From assembly GCF_964355755.1 (NCBI RefSeq), contig NC_092670.1, positions 23,546,795 through 23,610,794 on the forward strand: a stretch of DNA of 64,000 nt. The letters are read 5' to 3'. Position numbers and translations under genes: made by a program. Each line of letters begins with the position of its first letter. Position 1 is the stretch's first letter. Under the pieces are notes generated by a model. That model ran no database searches. It saw only the letters and a program-made list of their open reading frames with translations, and was not told where the DNA came from. Source of the stretch: Antedon mediterranea. Its lineage: Eukaryota > Animalia > Echinodermata. Positions 63,901 to 64,000 of this stretch are shown here, in pieces.

Positions 63901-63990
63901 TTTATGCGTCGGAATGAAAAAGGTGAAACACCATTACACAGAGCTTGCATAGAGGGTAATGTTAATTTAGTCAAGAAGTACTTGGAGCAG
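55848..63990 (+). CDS. TONSL: Tonsoku-like DNA repair protein, 5' portion (TPR region, acidic region, first ankyrin repeat); gene continues past the window
   Basis: Exons 55848-55878, 58778-59015, 59366-59521, 60312-60470, 60733-60904, 61088-61202, 61547-61692, 62061-62213, 62730-62855, 62968-63160, 63454-63518, 63901-63990 (1644 nt, phases consistent). Motifs: MDIHSKKQLKRLQKDKLRAQ, ALEEHFQEL, AVANRRIGE, EEQRALATIGRTY, EMKARLYLNLGLVY, PIYVSLAATY, RTWLNIA, RRNEKGETPLHRACIEG. Confidence 0.95.
56212..56638. mobile_element. Young non-autonomous MULE/foldback-like element, 427 bp, with a 9-bp TSD
   Basis: 64-bp inverted repeats at 56220-56283 and 56567-56630 (2 mismatches), CG...CG termini, flanking AAATAAATA at 56203-56211 and 56639-56647; internal A/B box-like cassette and 19-bp tandem units (56470-56534). 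Confidence 0.85.
56660..58085 (+). mobile_element. 5'-truncated non-LTR retrotransposon (CR1/L2 group, Daphne/Crack-like) with an open RT frame
   Basis: Frame open from ISLTPIFSRIFE (56660) through QFGCRRGSST, DFTKAFDRVDH, GVPQGTKLGP, YVDD, KLLGV, IRPLVEYACPVW, IERVQKRALRII to the stop at 57859; 3' UTR with a T-tract, CAGCC-TTTT-GGCTG hairpin and AATAAA (58073). No endonuclease, no N-terminal ATG. Confidence 0.92.
59546..59833 (+). mobile_element. Tc1/mariner-type MITE split by an insertion
   Basis: TAGAACCCATTAAGGAGACACATTTGG at left and AATAGGGGTGTCCCAAAG..GGACTTCTACTGTA at right; part of the inserted sequence (GTTTACAACCAACTC...TTGAACAATAAT..TTGAACCTGA) recurs at about 60965-61053. Confidence 0.6.
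59955..60081. mobile_element. hAT-type MITE with a perfect 8-bp TSD
   Basis: CAGTGGTGTAA...TTACGCCGCTG ends, flanked by GTTGTATA at 59947-59954 and 60082-60089. Confidence 0.85.
60493..60670 (+). mobile_element. tRNA-derived SINE
   Basis: A box TAGCTTGGTGG (60500-60510), B box GGTTCAATTC (60544); homologous to the 44533 copy. Confidence 0.7.
61845..62004. mobile_element. CpG-rich MITE, PIF/Harbinger-like ends
   Basis: TTTAACACCTTTTCCG / CGGAACAGGTGTGAAAC outer and TTTCCGGTCTGGCA / TGCCGACCGGAAA inner inverted repeats; CpG-rich compared with the flanking intron. Confidence 0.6.
62486..62634. mobile_element. hAT-type MITE nested in an older CAGGG..CCTG element (62377-62652)
   Basis: CAGTGGC...GCCACTG ends with 8-bp TSD ACAGTGAC / ACAATGAC. 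Confidence 0.75.
63701..63856. mobile_element. Near-palindromic MITE bounded by TTAA
   Basis: 41-bp arms TTAACAAGCGACTTTGATAACTCCAGAGGGCGCCATATTTA / TAAATATGGTGCCCTCTGGAGTTATCAACATCGCTTATTAA (4 mismatches), with pairing extending inward via GGGACAAAAA/TTTTTGTCCC. Confidence 0.8.
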
Positions 63991-64000
63991 GTATGTTACA

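Overview
AT-rich, intron-rich animal genomic DNA, most likely an invertebrate deuterostome such as an echinoderm (inferred, not proven). Three protein-coding genes can be built by hand from GT-AG splice phases. (1) A 22-coding-exon BAHCC1/TNRC18 (winged eye)-type chromatin reader on + (CDS 6120-19542, about 2355 aa; coiled coil, AT-hook, tandem Tudor, C-terminal BAH). (2) An ARL4-family small GTPase on - (CDS 53876-54466) whose switch-II catalytic Gln is naturally Ser. (3) The 5' part of TONSL on + (from 55848, running off the window), head-to-head with ARL4. About 30 kb between BAHCC1 and ARL4 has no recognisable coding gene; it holds SINEs, MITEs, LINE remnants, a 5S-derived fragment and a 1.65-kb 37-bp palindromic satellite. 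TONSL intron 1 carries a young MULE-like foldback element with a Pol III-like cassette, next to a 5'-truncated but stop-free LINE reverse transcriptase. The most unusual signal is a dense set of apparent cut-and-paste excision scars: TA-GGCC-TA, TA-CWG-TA, TA-CSG-TA, and P-element-like mini-palindromes in 7-8 bp duplications, including an exact 17+17 nt one. All counts and alignments were done by eye.
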